DNA from: an uncultured Gammaproteobacteria bacterium
GTDB taxonomy: Bacteria > Pseudomonadota > Gammaproteobacteria > UBA6002
Length of the DNA: 23,463 nt
Direction of reading: 5' to 3'
Assembly (NCBI GenBank): GCA_963705725.1
Contig: CAVPKM010000003.1
Coordinates: 1 to 23,463 of the forward strand
Shown: positions 1 to 7,613 of the stretch, one piece after another
Layout: each line of letters starts with the position of its first letter
Position numbering within the stretch: position 1 is the stretch's first letter
Position numbers and translations under genes: made by a program
Notes under the pieces: model-generated
The model's input: the letters and a program-made list of their open reading frames with translations, nothing else
What the model was told of the DNA's origin: nothing
Database searches by the model: none

Positions 1-627
1 AACGCGATTAAATCACGAAGCAATCGTTGATCATTTTGCGGTGTTCCAGTGTGAAAGTTAGGATCGCTTAAACTTTGGGTGTAAGGTAAGGCCCAGGATG
101 CTTTTTTAGCTACAGCTGGCAATTCGCGATACATGTTAAAGACTTCGGACTCATCCAGTCCCAAGCTCTCAATAATATATTGGTAGGCGTGAGTATGCAC
201 CGCCTCTTCGAAAGCTTGACGTAGTATGTATTGTCGGCATTCAGGATTGGTAATATGTCGATACACTGCTAAGACTAAATTATTCGCTACAAGGGAATCT
301 GCCGTAGAAAAAAAACCAAGATTACGTTTAATCATGAGACGTTCATCTTCTGTTAAACCATCTGCACTGTTGCACAAGGCAATATCTCGCTGCATGCCGA
401 CTTCCTGTGGCATCCAGTGGTTAGCGCAACCAGCTAAATACTTTTCCCAAGCCCATTTGTATTTTAAAGGGACCAATTGGTTTAAATCAGCTCGGCAATT
501 AATGATTTGCTTTTCATCCACTTGAACTCTGGCTGCACCCATTTCTAAATCTTCAAGTCCCGTTATACCAATATGGGGCGATGTTTCTGTGAATATCTAA
601 ATCAGTAGGGATGGCTGTTATAGGCAT
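1..627 (-). CDS. nrdB: Class Ia ribonucleotide reductase beta subunit, 5' part (runs off window start; one apparent frameshift near 590-600)
   Basis: Manual minus-strand translation gives ...[54 protein letters not shown]...[13 protein letters not shown]...[21 protein letters not shown]. This contains the ExxH iron ligands and the radical Tyr. The ATG at 627 (MPITAIPTD) is one base out of frame with the body; an in-frame ATG lies at 542. Confidence 0.93.
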
Positions 628-658
628 TTTACTTTCTATCCTGTGCTAAATTAATTAT

Positions 659-3460
659 TTATTGGCATGCTTCACAATCTGGATCTGTGATTGCGCATAC
701 TTTCGGTTTTGAAATATTGACTAGCATTTAAAGCGCCATCGGTAATGGTGGATTTTTCAGCATTGGTCGCGCCAAGACTACGTAAATAGTAAGTCGTTTT
801 TAAACCAAGCAACCAAGCATGGGTATACAATGCATCCAGTTTCTTGCCAGAGGGTTCGGCCATATACAAATTTAAGGATTGTGCTTGATCTACCCATTTT
901 TGTCTTCTGACGCTGCCTCAACTAACCAACGTGGTTCAATTTCAAAAGCCGTGGCATAAAGGATTTTAACTCGTTTGGGATGCGGTTAATTTTTTGTAAG
1001 CTGCCATCAAAATATTTCAGATCATTCACTCAACACTTCATCCCAAATGCCCATTTTTTTCAAATCTTCAACTAAATATGGGTTAATGACAGTGAATTCA
1101 CCTGACAAATTCGATTTGACATAAAGATTTTGATAAGTAGGGTCAATTGATTGCGAAACCCCACAAATATTAGAAATCGTTGCTGTAGGTGCAATCGCCA
1201 TGACGTTAGAATTGCGCATGCCAATGGTTGCAACCTGAGTGCGAAGCTTTTCCCAGTCAAGTGTCATGCTGCGATCTTGTAACAAGTGCTCGCCTCGTGC
1301 TTGTTGCAGTAATCCAATAGAATCAATTGGCAGAATCCCTCTGCTCCAAAGCGATCCTTCATAGCTTTGATAAGAGCCGCGTTCTTCAGCCAACTCAGAA
1401 GAGGCAAGAATAGCGTAATAACTAATAATCTCTGTGCTATAGTCTGCAAATTTAATGGCTTCTTCAGAAGCATAAGGAATGCGTAATTGATAAAGCGCAT
1501 CATGGAATCCCATTATGCCAAGACCAATAGGCCGATGACGTAGATTGGACTTGCGCGCTTGTGGAACAGGATAAAAATTAATGTCAATGACATTGTCTAG
1601 CATTCGGATAGCGGTTTTAACAGTTTGCTTGAGTTTTGCATGATCAAGCCCCGCTTTTGTGAGGTGATTGACAAGATTGATGCTGCCTAAGTTACAGACA
1701 GCAATTTCGTCTTGTGAGGTGTTAAGCGTAATTTCTGTACATAAATTCGAACTATGAATGACGCCAGCATGTTGTTGGGGCGAGCGTAAATTACAGGCAT
1801 CTTTGAAGGTTATCCAGGGATGACCTGTTTCAAAGAGCATGTTAAGCATTTTTCGCCAGAGCGTGATGGCAGGGACAGTTTTATAGCTAATTTCTCCCTT
1901 CCTTGCTCTTTCTTCATGGGCGATATAGGTTTTTTCAAAGTCGAGACCATATTTTTCATGTAAATCTGGTGCTTCATGGGGAGAAAATAAAGTCCAGTCC
2001 CCGTTGGCAAGTTTTCTCTTCATTAATAAATCTGGTACCCAGATAGCAGTATTCATATCATGCGTACGGCGACGATCATCCCCGGTGTTTTTGCGTAGTT
2101 CTAATAGCTCAAAAACATCCATATGCCAGGCTTCAAAATAGGCGCAACCTGCACCCTTGCGTTTGCCACCTTGGTTGACTGCAACCATTGCAGAGTCAGC
2201 GACTTTCATAAAGGGAATAGGTCCGAGCGATTCTCCGTTTGTGCCTTTAATATGAGCACCTAAAGCACGGACTGCGGTCCAATCAGTACCAAGACCTCCA
2301 GCCCATTTAGAAAGCAGGGCATTGTCTCGCAGTCCGTTAAAGATGCCTTCCAAATCATCTGGTACAGTGGTAAGAAAGCAACTCGATAATTGTGGGCGAC
2401 ACGTCCCGGCATTAAATAATGTAGGTGTTGAACTCATGTAGTCAAAGGCAGATAGGAGGTGATAGAACTCAATTGCGCGCTCAGTGCGTAAACTGGGTTC
2501 GTTGATAGCCAAGCCCATGGCGACTCGCATGAAAAAAACTTGTGGTAATTCATAACGCACGCCTTGATGATGAATGAAATAACGATCGTAAAGCGTTTGC
2601 AACCCTAGATAAGTAAACTTTAGATCTTGTTTAGAAATCAGTGCTGCCCCCAGCCTATCTAAATCAAATATAATCTTGAGATTAGGGTCCAACATTTCTA
2701 AATCAATGCCAGTGTGAATATAGCGTTTAAAAGCTTCAGGGTAGAATTTTTCAAGTTCGCTTTGTGTGGCTTCGTGGCAAATATCCAGAAAAGATAACGC
2801 TTCTGCGCGTAAATCATTGAGCAGTAATCTGGCAGCAACAAAACTATATTGAGGTTCTTTCTCAATAAGCGTACGTGCGCTCATAATCATTGCTTTGTTG
2901 AGATCGCTCACTGTCGCACCGTCATAAAGATTACGAAGTGTTTCTTTAATAATGCTTTCTGCATCAACGTCATTTAGCTCTGCGCAAGCTTCTCCCACTA
3001 CTTGGTTGAGGCGAATCAGGTCAAGTGGTAATTTTTCGCCATTAGGGTGGATGAGGCAGGGAACGGCTGGATCATGGTGAATTTGTTTTTCGCGGGCTTT
3101 ATGCCGCTCCTCGCGGTATAAAACGTATTCGCGTGCAACCAGATGTTCGCCGGCACGCATTAATGCCAATTCAACCTTATCTTGAATGGCCTCAATATGA
3201 ATCGTGTGACCGCTGCTGGGCGCCCTGCGCTTAAAATCTTCTGTAATGGTTGTTGCCATCGATTCAACTAATTCTCGAATTCGATCAGAGGCAGTGGCTT
3301 GATTGCCTTCAACGGCAATAAAAGCTTTAGTTAAGGCAACCGCAATTTTATTATCATTATATTCAACTACTGAACCGTTTCGTCGAATAACCTGTAACTG
3401 ACCCGGGGTGAGTAGGTATTCTTGATATTGTTCATGCTCTTGAACTGGGGCTTGTGGCAT
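659..3460 (-). CDS. nrdA: Class Ia ribonucleotide reductase alpha subunit with two N-terminal ATP cones; 3' end broken by four single-base indels (about 933 aa when corrected)
   Basis: ORF 1022-3460 contains [39 protein letters not shown] and IAPTATIS. The sequence continues across frames as NDLKYFDGS / [16 protein letters not shown] / [15 protein letters not shown]...KTTYYLRS / [16 protein letters not shown], with the stop at 661-659 in the same frame as the start codon. SD GGAGAG lies upstream of 3460. Confidence 0.96.
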
Positions 3461-3547
3461 TTGACTCTCCGTCAGGCTTCATCAATTTAAGCAGGTATGC
3501 TATTCATCACAGGTTACCTGAACTCTTTTATCATTGTCAACAGCCAC

Positions 3548-3563
3548 ACACAACATCTTGTGT
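3548..3563. promoter_or_regulatory. NrdR box 1
   Basis: ACACAACATCTTGTGT, a near-palindrome matching the NrdR consensus acaCwAtATaTwGtgt, about 90 bp upstream of nrdA. Confidence 0.85.
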
Positions 3564-3579
3564 TTAAAATAACTGAAGA

Positions 3580-3595
3580 GCACTTTATGATGTGT
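3580..3595. promoter_or_regulatory. NrdR box 2 (degenerate)
   Basis: GCACTTTATGATGTGT, 32 bp from box 1, which is the typical spacing of tandem NrdR boxes. Confidence 0.65.
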
Positions 3596-3623
3596 TTTGC
3601 AAGAGGGAAACCTGGGAAAATCA

Positions 3624-3679
3624 TGTGGATAACATGTGGTAATTTCGGTATAACTTTGAAAGTTATTTTTTGTGAATAA
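3624..3679. promoter_or_regulatory. DnaA boxes upstream of nrdA
   Basis: TGTGGATAA (3624-3632, perfect TTATCCACA on the minus strand) and TGTGAATAA (3671-3679, fits TTWTNCACA). Degenerate copies lie at about 3635 and 3645. DnaA control of nrdAB is established in E. coli. Confidence 0.7.
3651..3674 (+). repeat. Imperfect direct repeat copy 1 flanking the F-box/RCC1 gene (overlaps palindrome ATAACTTT-G-AAAGTTAT, 3650-3666)
   Basis: TAACTTTGAAAGTTATTTTTTGTG versus TAAACTTGAAAGTTATTTTGTG at 5414-5435; 14-bp identical core TTGAAAGTTATTTT. Confidence 0.6.
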
Positions 3680-3728
3680 AATTTACCCTAAAAACATGAG
3701 TTATACTGCCAAAATCTTAGTAAGTGAG

Positions 3729-5330
3729 CTACCTCACACAAGAGGTGTTCTTTTCTTCCATATTCTCCTGACTCTCAATGAGGGGAAAGAAAATTAATTG
3801 TGGAGCCAATTGGTTATTCTCATGCCCTAATCCCAGTTGACCACACTCATTATCTCCAAAACCATAGGCCGATCCATCATCACATAAAATTAAACTATGA
3901 CTAAAACCAGCAGAAATTTGGCAAGGCCTTACTTCCACTGGCATAGGAATGAATTGTGGGGTAGATTGGTCATCCCTATGGCCTAATCCCAGTTGGCCGC
4001 AGCCATTATCTCCAAAACCATAGACCGATTCATCATCACACAAAATAAAACTATGATCAGCACCCACAAAGACTTGGCAAGGTCTTATTCCCGTTGGCAT
4101 CGGAATTAATTGGGGAGTAGATCGCTTGGTGTTGTGGCCTAATCCCAGTTGGCCTTTGGCATTAGCTCCAAAGCCATAGACCGATCCATTTTCACACAAA
4201 ATAAAACTATGATCAGCACCAGCAAAGACTTGGCAAGGCCTTGCTTCCAGGGGCATAGGGATGAATTGCGGAGTAGATTGCTTATTCCTGTATCCTAATC
4301 CTAATCCTAATCCCAGTTGGCCGCTGAAATCAGCTCCAAAGCTATAGACCGATCCATCTTCACACAAAATTAAACTATGCCTAGAACCAGCAGAAATTTG
4401 GCAAGGCCTTGCTCCCCTTGGCATAGAAATTAATTGTGGGGTAGATTGTTTATTCCCGTCGCCTAATCCTAATCCCAGTTGGCCGCTTAAATTATATCCA
4501 AAGCTATAGACTGATCCATCATCACACAAAATTAAACTATGCCAAGAACCAGCAGAGATTTGGCAAGGGCTTGCTCCCCTTGGCATGCGAATTAATTGTG
4601 GCGTAGATTGACTGTCCGTGTGCCCTAATCCCAGTTGGCCGTAGCCATTACATCCAATGCTATAGACCGATCCGTCATCACACAAAATTAAACTATGACC
4701 AGAACCAGCAGAAATTTGGCGAGGCCTTGCGATCAATGGCAGAGGAATTAATTGTGGCGTAGATTGACTATCCGTGTGCCCTAATCCTAGCTGGCCGTTG
4801 TCATTAGCTCCGAAACCAAAAAGCTGACCATTTTGAAGTAGCACAAAAGAGCAGTTCTCTCCCCCTGATACTAGTTTAATTTCAGTCCCCTTTTCCGCTA
4901 TTTTTTTCCAAATTTTTTCATGTTGATTAAAAAATTGGCAACTGCTAGATAAGCTTTTTAATCCTCTCAATGGCAAGTGCGAAGCAATATTTAGCAGAAT
5001 TTCAGCTGGCAAAGATATAGTGGCGATTGCGGCTTCTGGTGAGAGGTTCCGTGTAATTTTATTTTGAATAGATTGCAGTGATCTCATGCATTCATTTAAG
5101 TGCTTTTCTGAAAACAGTTCCATGAGCGCAGTGATTTTCTCATTTAGCTGCTTCAGTGCTTCCCTATTTTCATCATTTTCATAATCCTGTAGATTTTTAT
5201 CAAAATCTTGTAATAAGGTAACAAGGGAGCCAAACTCTTTACCACTCCCGTTTTGATTGGCTATATTTTCTACTATCTCGCTGTAAACAGCGCACCAACT
5301 TGAATAAAGTTCTCCATTTTCTAACATCAT
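3729..5330 (-). CDS. F-box plus RCC1-repeat (7-blade beta-propeller) protein; candidate type IVB secretion effector
   Basis: Helical N-terminus of about 100 aa, F-box LPAEILLNIASHLPLRGLKSLSSSCQFFNQ (aa ~107-136), seven repeats of the ISAGxxHSLILCDDGSVYxFGxNxxGQLGLG type, and C-terminus ESQENMEEKNTSCVR. SD GAGGA lies directly upstream. Confidence 0.88.
   Translation of the reverse strand: MMLENGELYSSWCAVYSEIVENIANQNGSGKEFGSLVTLLQDFDKNLQDYENDENREALKQLNEKITALMELFSEKHLNECMRSLQSIQNKITRNLSPEAAIATISLPAEILLNIASHLPLRGLKSLSSSCQFFNQHEKIWKKIAEKGTEIKLVSGGENCSFVLLQNGQLFGFGANDNGQLGLGHTDSQSTPQLIPLPLIARPRQISAGSGHSLILCDDGSVYSIGCNGYGQLGLGHTDSQSTPQLIRMPRGASPCQISAGSWHSLILCDDGSVYSFGYNLSGQLGLGLGDGNKQSTPQLISMPRGARPCQISAGSRHSLILCEDGSVYSFGADFSGQLGLGLGLGYRNKQSTPQFIPMPLEARPCQVFAGADHSFILCENGSVYGFGANAKGQLGLGHNTKRSTPQLIPMPTGIRPCQVFVGADHSFILCDDESVYGFGDNGCGQLGLGHRDDQSTPQFIPMPVEVRPCQISAGFSHSLILCDDGSAYGFGDNECGQLGLGHENNQLAPQLIFFPLIESQENMEEKNTSCVR
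3790..4875 (-). repeat. Intragenic tandem RCC1 repeats, 156-bp unit
   Basis: The anchor GTAGAT recurs at 3961, 4117, 4273, 4441, 4603 and 4759 (periods 156, 156, 168, 162, 156). Shared blocks such as CCTAATCCCAGTTGGCC and CACAAAATTAAACTATG recur. Confidence 0.92.
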
Positions 5331-5365
5331 TTCCTCACTATTAATTCGATTAAAATATAAAAATT

Positions 5366-5404
5366 ATTTTAACGCTACCTTGATTACATTAAAAAACTAT
5401 TAAT
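5366..5404 (-). promoter_or_regulatory. Putative PmrA-type box plus -10 element for the F-box/RCC1 gene
   Basis: Minus strand reads aTTAATagT-tt-tTTAATgta (TTAA at 5403-5400 and 5392-5389, 11-bp period), then 17 nt, then TAAAAT (5371-5366). It resembles the Legionella/Coxiella PmrA cTTAATatT tandem repeat. The AT-rich context lowers specificity. Confidence 0.45.
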
Positions 5405-5413
5405 ATTTTCAAA

Positions 5414-5435
5414 TAAACTTGAAAGTTATTTTGTG
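5414..5435 (+). repeat. Imperfect direct repeat copy 2 flanking the F-box/RCC1 gene
   Basis: Shares TTGAAAGTTATTTT...GTG with 3651-3674. Confidence 0.6.
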
Positions 5436-5639
5436 CTAGACAGCCATCCTTCTACATGAGTCCCCTTGTTAGCCATTCGACACTTTTCGCTTTCTAACTG
5501 CTTTTTCTAGGTTTTTGTAATTCCCATTAATATGGATCAAAAAAATGGGGAAATGCTGGTGCTTCTCAGCCTGCTAGAGTAGACTTTTAAGCTGAATAGT
5601 TACTTTATTTGATAGGTAGTTTTATTGTTCGGAGTAGTG

Positions 5640-6530
5640 ATGCGTTTTCTAGATAATGATCAATGGAAAATTAAAGTCGGATTTGCTGAAATGTTAAAAG
5701 GGGGCGTCATCATGGATGTGACTAACTCAGAGCAGGCAATGATTGCAGAAGAAGCCGGAGCTTGCGCCGTGATGGCCTTAGAGAGAGTTCCTGCTGATAT
5801 CAGAAAAGCGGGAGGCGTAGCCAGGATGGCGTCTACTAGCATTATTGAAGAGATTATGAAAGTAGTGAGTATTCCCGTGATGGCGAAGGTGAGGATTGGA
5901 CATTTTGTTGAAGCACAAATTCTTCAAGCACTTGAAGTAGACTTTATTGATGAGAGTGAAGTCTTAACGCCTGCAGATGATGAGTACCATATAAATAAAC
6001 ATAATTTTACCATCCCATTTGTTTGTGGTTGTCGTAATTTGGGCGAAGCACTTCGCCGAATTGCAGAAGGTGCGACAATGATTCGTACTAAAGGCGAAGC
6101 AGGATCAGGAAATATAGTTGAAGCGGTTCGACATCTGCGTACCATCCTCCAAGAAATGAAACAACTCACTGTACTTTGCGAGGATCAATTGGTTCATGAG
6201 TCAAAAAAATTAGGTGCACCATTAGAATTGGTAAGCTGGGTGGCTAAACATGGCAAATTGCCCGTGCCAAATTTTTCAGCAGGCGGGATTGCCACACCCG
6301 CAGATGCAGCATTAGCAAGGCAATTAGGAGCGGAAGCCGTGTTTGTGGGTTCAGGAATTTTTAAATCAGTGGATCCAGAGAAGCGAGCACGGGCAATTGT
6401 CAAAGCCACGACGCATTATAATGATCCAGAAATTTTACTTGAGGTTTCCAAAGGGTTAGGAGAGGCGATGGTCGGCCTTGATATTCGCCAGCTTGCAGAA
6501 GTGGAATTATTACAAACACGTGGGGAATAA
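5640..6530 (+). CDS. pdxS: Pyridoxal 5'-phosphate synthase lyase subunit
   Basis: [56 protein letters not shown] and [10 protein letters not shown] motifs. ATG at 5640 follows GGAG. Confidence 0.96.
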   Translation: MRFLDNDQWKIKVGFAEMLKGGVIMDVTNSEQAMIAEEAGACAVMALERVPADIRKAGGVARMASTSIIEEIMKVVSIPVMAKVRIGHFVEAQILQALEVDFIDESEVLTPADDEYHINKHNFTIPFVCGCRNLGEALRRIAEGATMIRTKGEAGSGNIVEAVRHLRTILQEMKQLTVLCEDQLVHESKKLGAPLELVSWVAKHGKLPVPNFSAGGIATPADAALARQLGAEAVFVGSGIFKSVDPEKRARAIVKATTHYNDPEILLEVSKGLGEAMVGLDIRQLAEVELLQTRGE

Positions 6531-7099
6531 TGCGCATTGGCATTTTATCAGTGCAAGGTAATGATGATTCACATAGACAGGTATTAGCCAGCCTTGGAGT
6601 GACTGCTGTTAACGTCACGCTTCCGAGACATTTAAGTGGTCTCAGTGGATTGATTATACCAGGTGGCGAAAGCACTGTTATGTTGAAATTTTTGAGTGAA
6701 GGAAATTTTTTTAATGCGATTAAAGAGTTTGCAGAAAATGGAGGGTGCTTGTTTGGTACTTGTGCTGGCGCTATTTTGCTTGCAAAAGACGTAAAAAACC
6801 CTGAGCAGCAATCTCTTGGCCTCATTAATATTACCATTGAACGAAATGCCTTTGGCAGGCAATTAGCTAGTAAAATTGTAGTCGGTAAATATCAAAACAG
6901 AGAAGATTTGGCAATGGTATTTATTCGTGCTCCTAAAATAGTGCGAGTGGGTGAAAATGTCAGAGTATTTGCATCCTGGGAAAATCAGCCTGTTGGCGTG
7001 ATGCAAGGTAGGCACATGCTGACAACATTTCATCCAGAGCTTAGCAACAATCCTGCTATTCATCGATTCTTTGTGGAACAATGTTATTTGCGAGCGTGA
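6530..7099 (+). CDS. pdxT: PLP synthase glutaminase subunit
   Basis: PGGEST, GTCAG (catalytic Cys), RNAFGRQ, FIRAP and FHPE motifs. TAATG overlap with pdxS. Confidence 0.95.
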   Translation: MRIGILSVQGNDDSHRQVLASLGVTAVNVTLPRHLSGLSGLIIPGGESTVMLKFLSEGNFFNAIKEFAENGGCLFGTCAGAILLAKDVKNPEQQSLGLINITIERNAFGRQLASKIVVGKYQNREDLAMVFIRAPKIVRVGENVRVFASWENQPVGVMQGRHMLTTFHPELSNNPAIHRFFVEQCYLRA

Positions 7100-7106
7100 T
7101 TGAGAC

Positions 7107-7580
7107 ATGATAGATGAAAAAGGCTATCGCTATAATGTTGGAATAATCTTAATTAATCAAGAGAATCAATTATTTTGGGCTAGGCGGATTGGGCAACTCG
7201 ATGCTTGGCAATTTCCACAAGGCGGTATTTTAGAAAATGAATCGCTTAGGGCAGCGATGTACCGCGAGCTTCGCGAGGAGTTAGGATTAGAACAGGATGA
7301 TGTAGAAATTTTAGCATGGAGTAAAAAATGGCTATATTATCACCTGCCAAAAAATTTTCGTAGATATTATTCTAAACCGCTTTGTATTGGGCAAAAACAA
7401 AAATGGTTTTTGCTACGCTTAGTGGGGGATGAGAAGAAGATTCATTTTGATTTAACAAATAATCCTGAATTTGATCGCTGGGTATGGGTCAATTATTGGT
7501 ATCCTATTAATCATGTGATTTCATTCAAGCGATTAGTATATAAAACCGCTTTAAAAGAATTTGAATCAATTATTTTCTAA
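7107..7580 (+). CDS. rppH: RNA pyrophosphohydrolase (Nudix)
   Basis: MID..GYR.NVGI start, WQFPQGG...RELREELG Nudix box, GQKQKWF and PEFD.W.WV.YW motifs; lies upstream of ptsP. Confidence 0.96.
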   Translation: MIDEKGYRYNVGIILINQENQLFWARRIGQLDAWQFPQGGILENESLRAAMYRELREELGLEQDDVEILAWSKKWLYYHLPKNFRRYYSKPLCIGQKQKWFLLRLVGDEKKIHFDLTNNPEFDRWVWVNYWYPINHVISFKRLVYKTALKEFESIIF

Positions 7581-7613
7581 TATACCCATATTTAAACGTT
7601 CATAGGGTTGTCA

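Noticed and set aside
170-320. Chlamydia-type class Ic (Mn/Fe) NrdB
   Set aside because: The radical Tyr (HTHAY) and the Asp first ligand (STADS) are present, indicating class Ia.
226-525. 99-aa plus-strand ORF, and the many other short ORFs overlapping pdxS, pdxT, ptsP, ctpA, gpmI, pip, lepA and lepB
   Set aside because: Antisense or alternate-frame shadows of well-conserved genes, with no recognisable motifs.
672-869. 65-aa ORF as a separate gene, or a split/intron-interrupted nrdA
   Set aside because: It is a frameshifted piece of the NrdA C-terminus. The sequence is collinear with no inserted intron, intein or homing endonuclease.
3650-3666. loxP-like site (ATAACTT...AAGTTAT ends)
   Set aside because: It lacks the 13-bp arms and 8-bp spacer of loxP, and no recombinase is nearby.
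3497-3679. 60-aa plus-strand ORF upstream of nrdA
   Set aside because: It overlaps the NrdR and DnaA boxes and has no recognisable homology; the region is better explained as regulatory DNA.
3729-3743. Canonical CaaX prenylation motif
   Set aside because: The Cys is third, not fourth, from the C-terminus (SCVR*).
3790-4875. CRISPR array or diversity-generating retroelement
   Set aside because: The repeats are in-frame 52-codon protein repeats. There are no cas genes, reverse transcriptase or separate template repeat in the window.
5426-5476. 16-codon minus-strand ORF (MANKGTHVEGWLSSTK) upstream of the effector gene
   Set aside because: No clear SD or leader-peptide features, and its length is compatible with chance.
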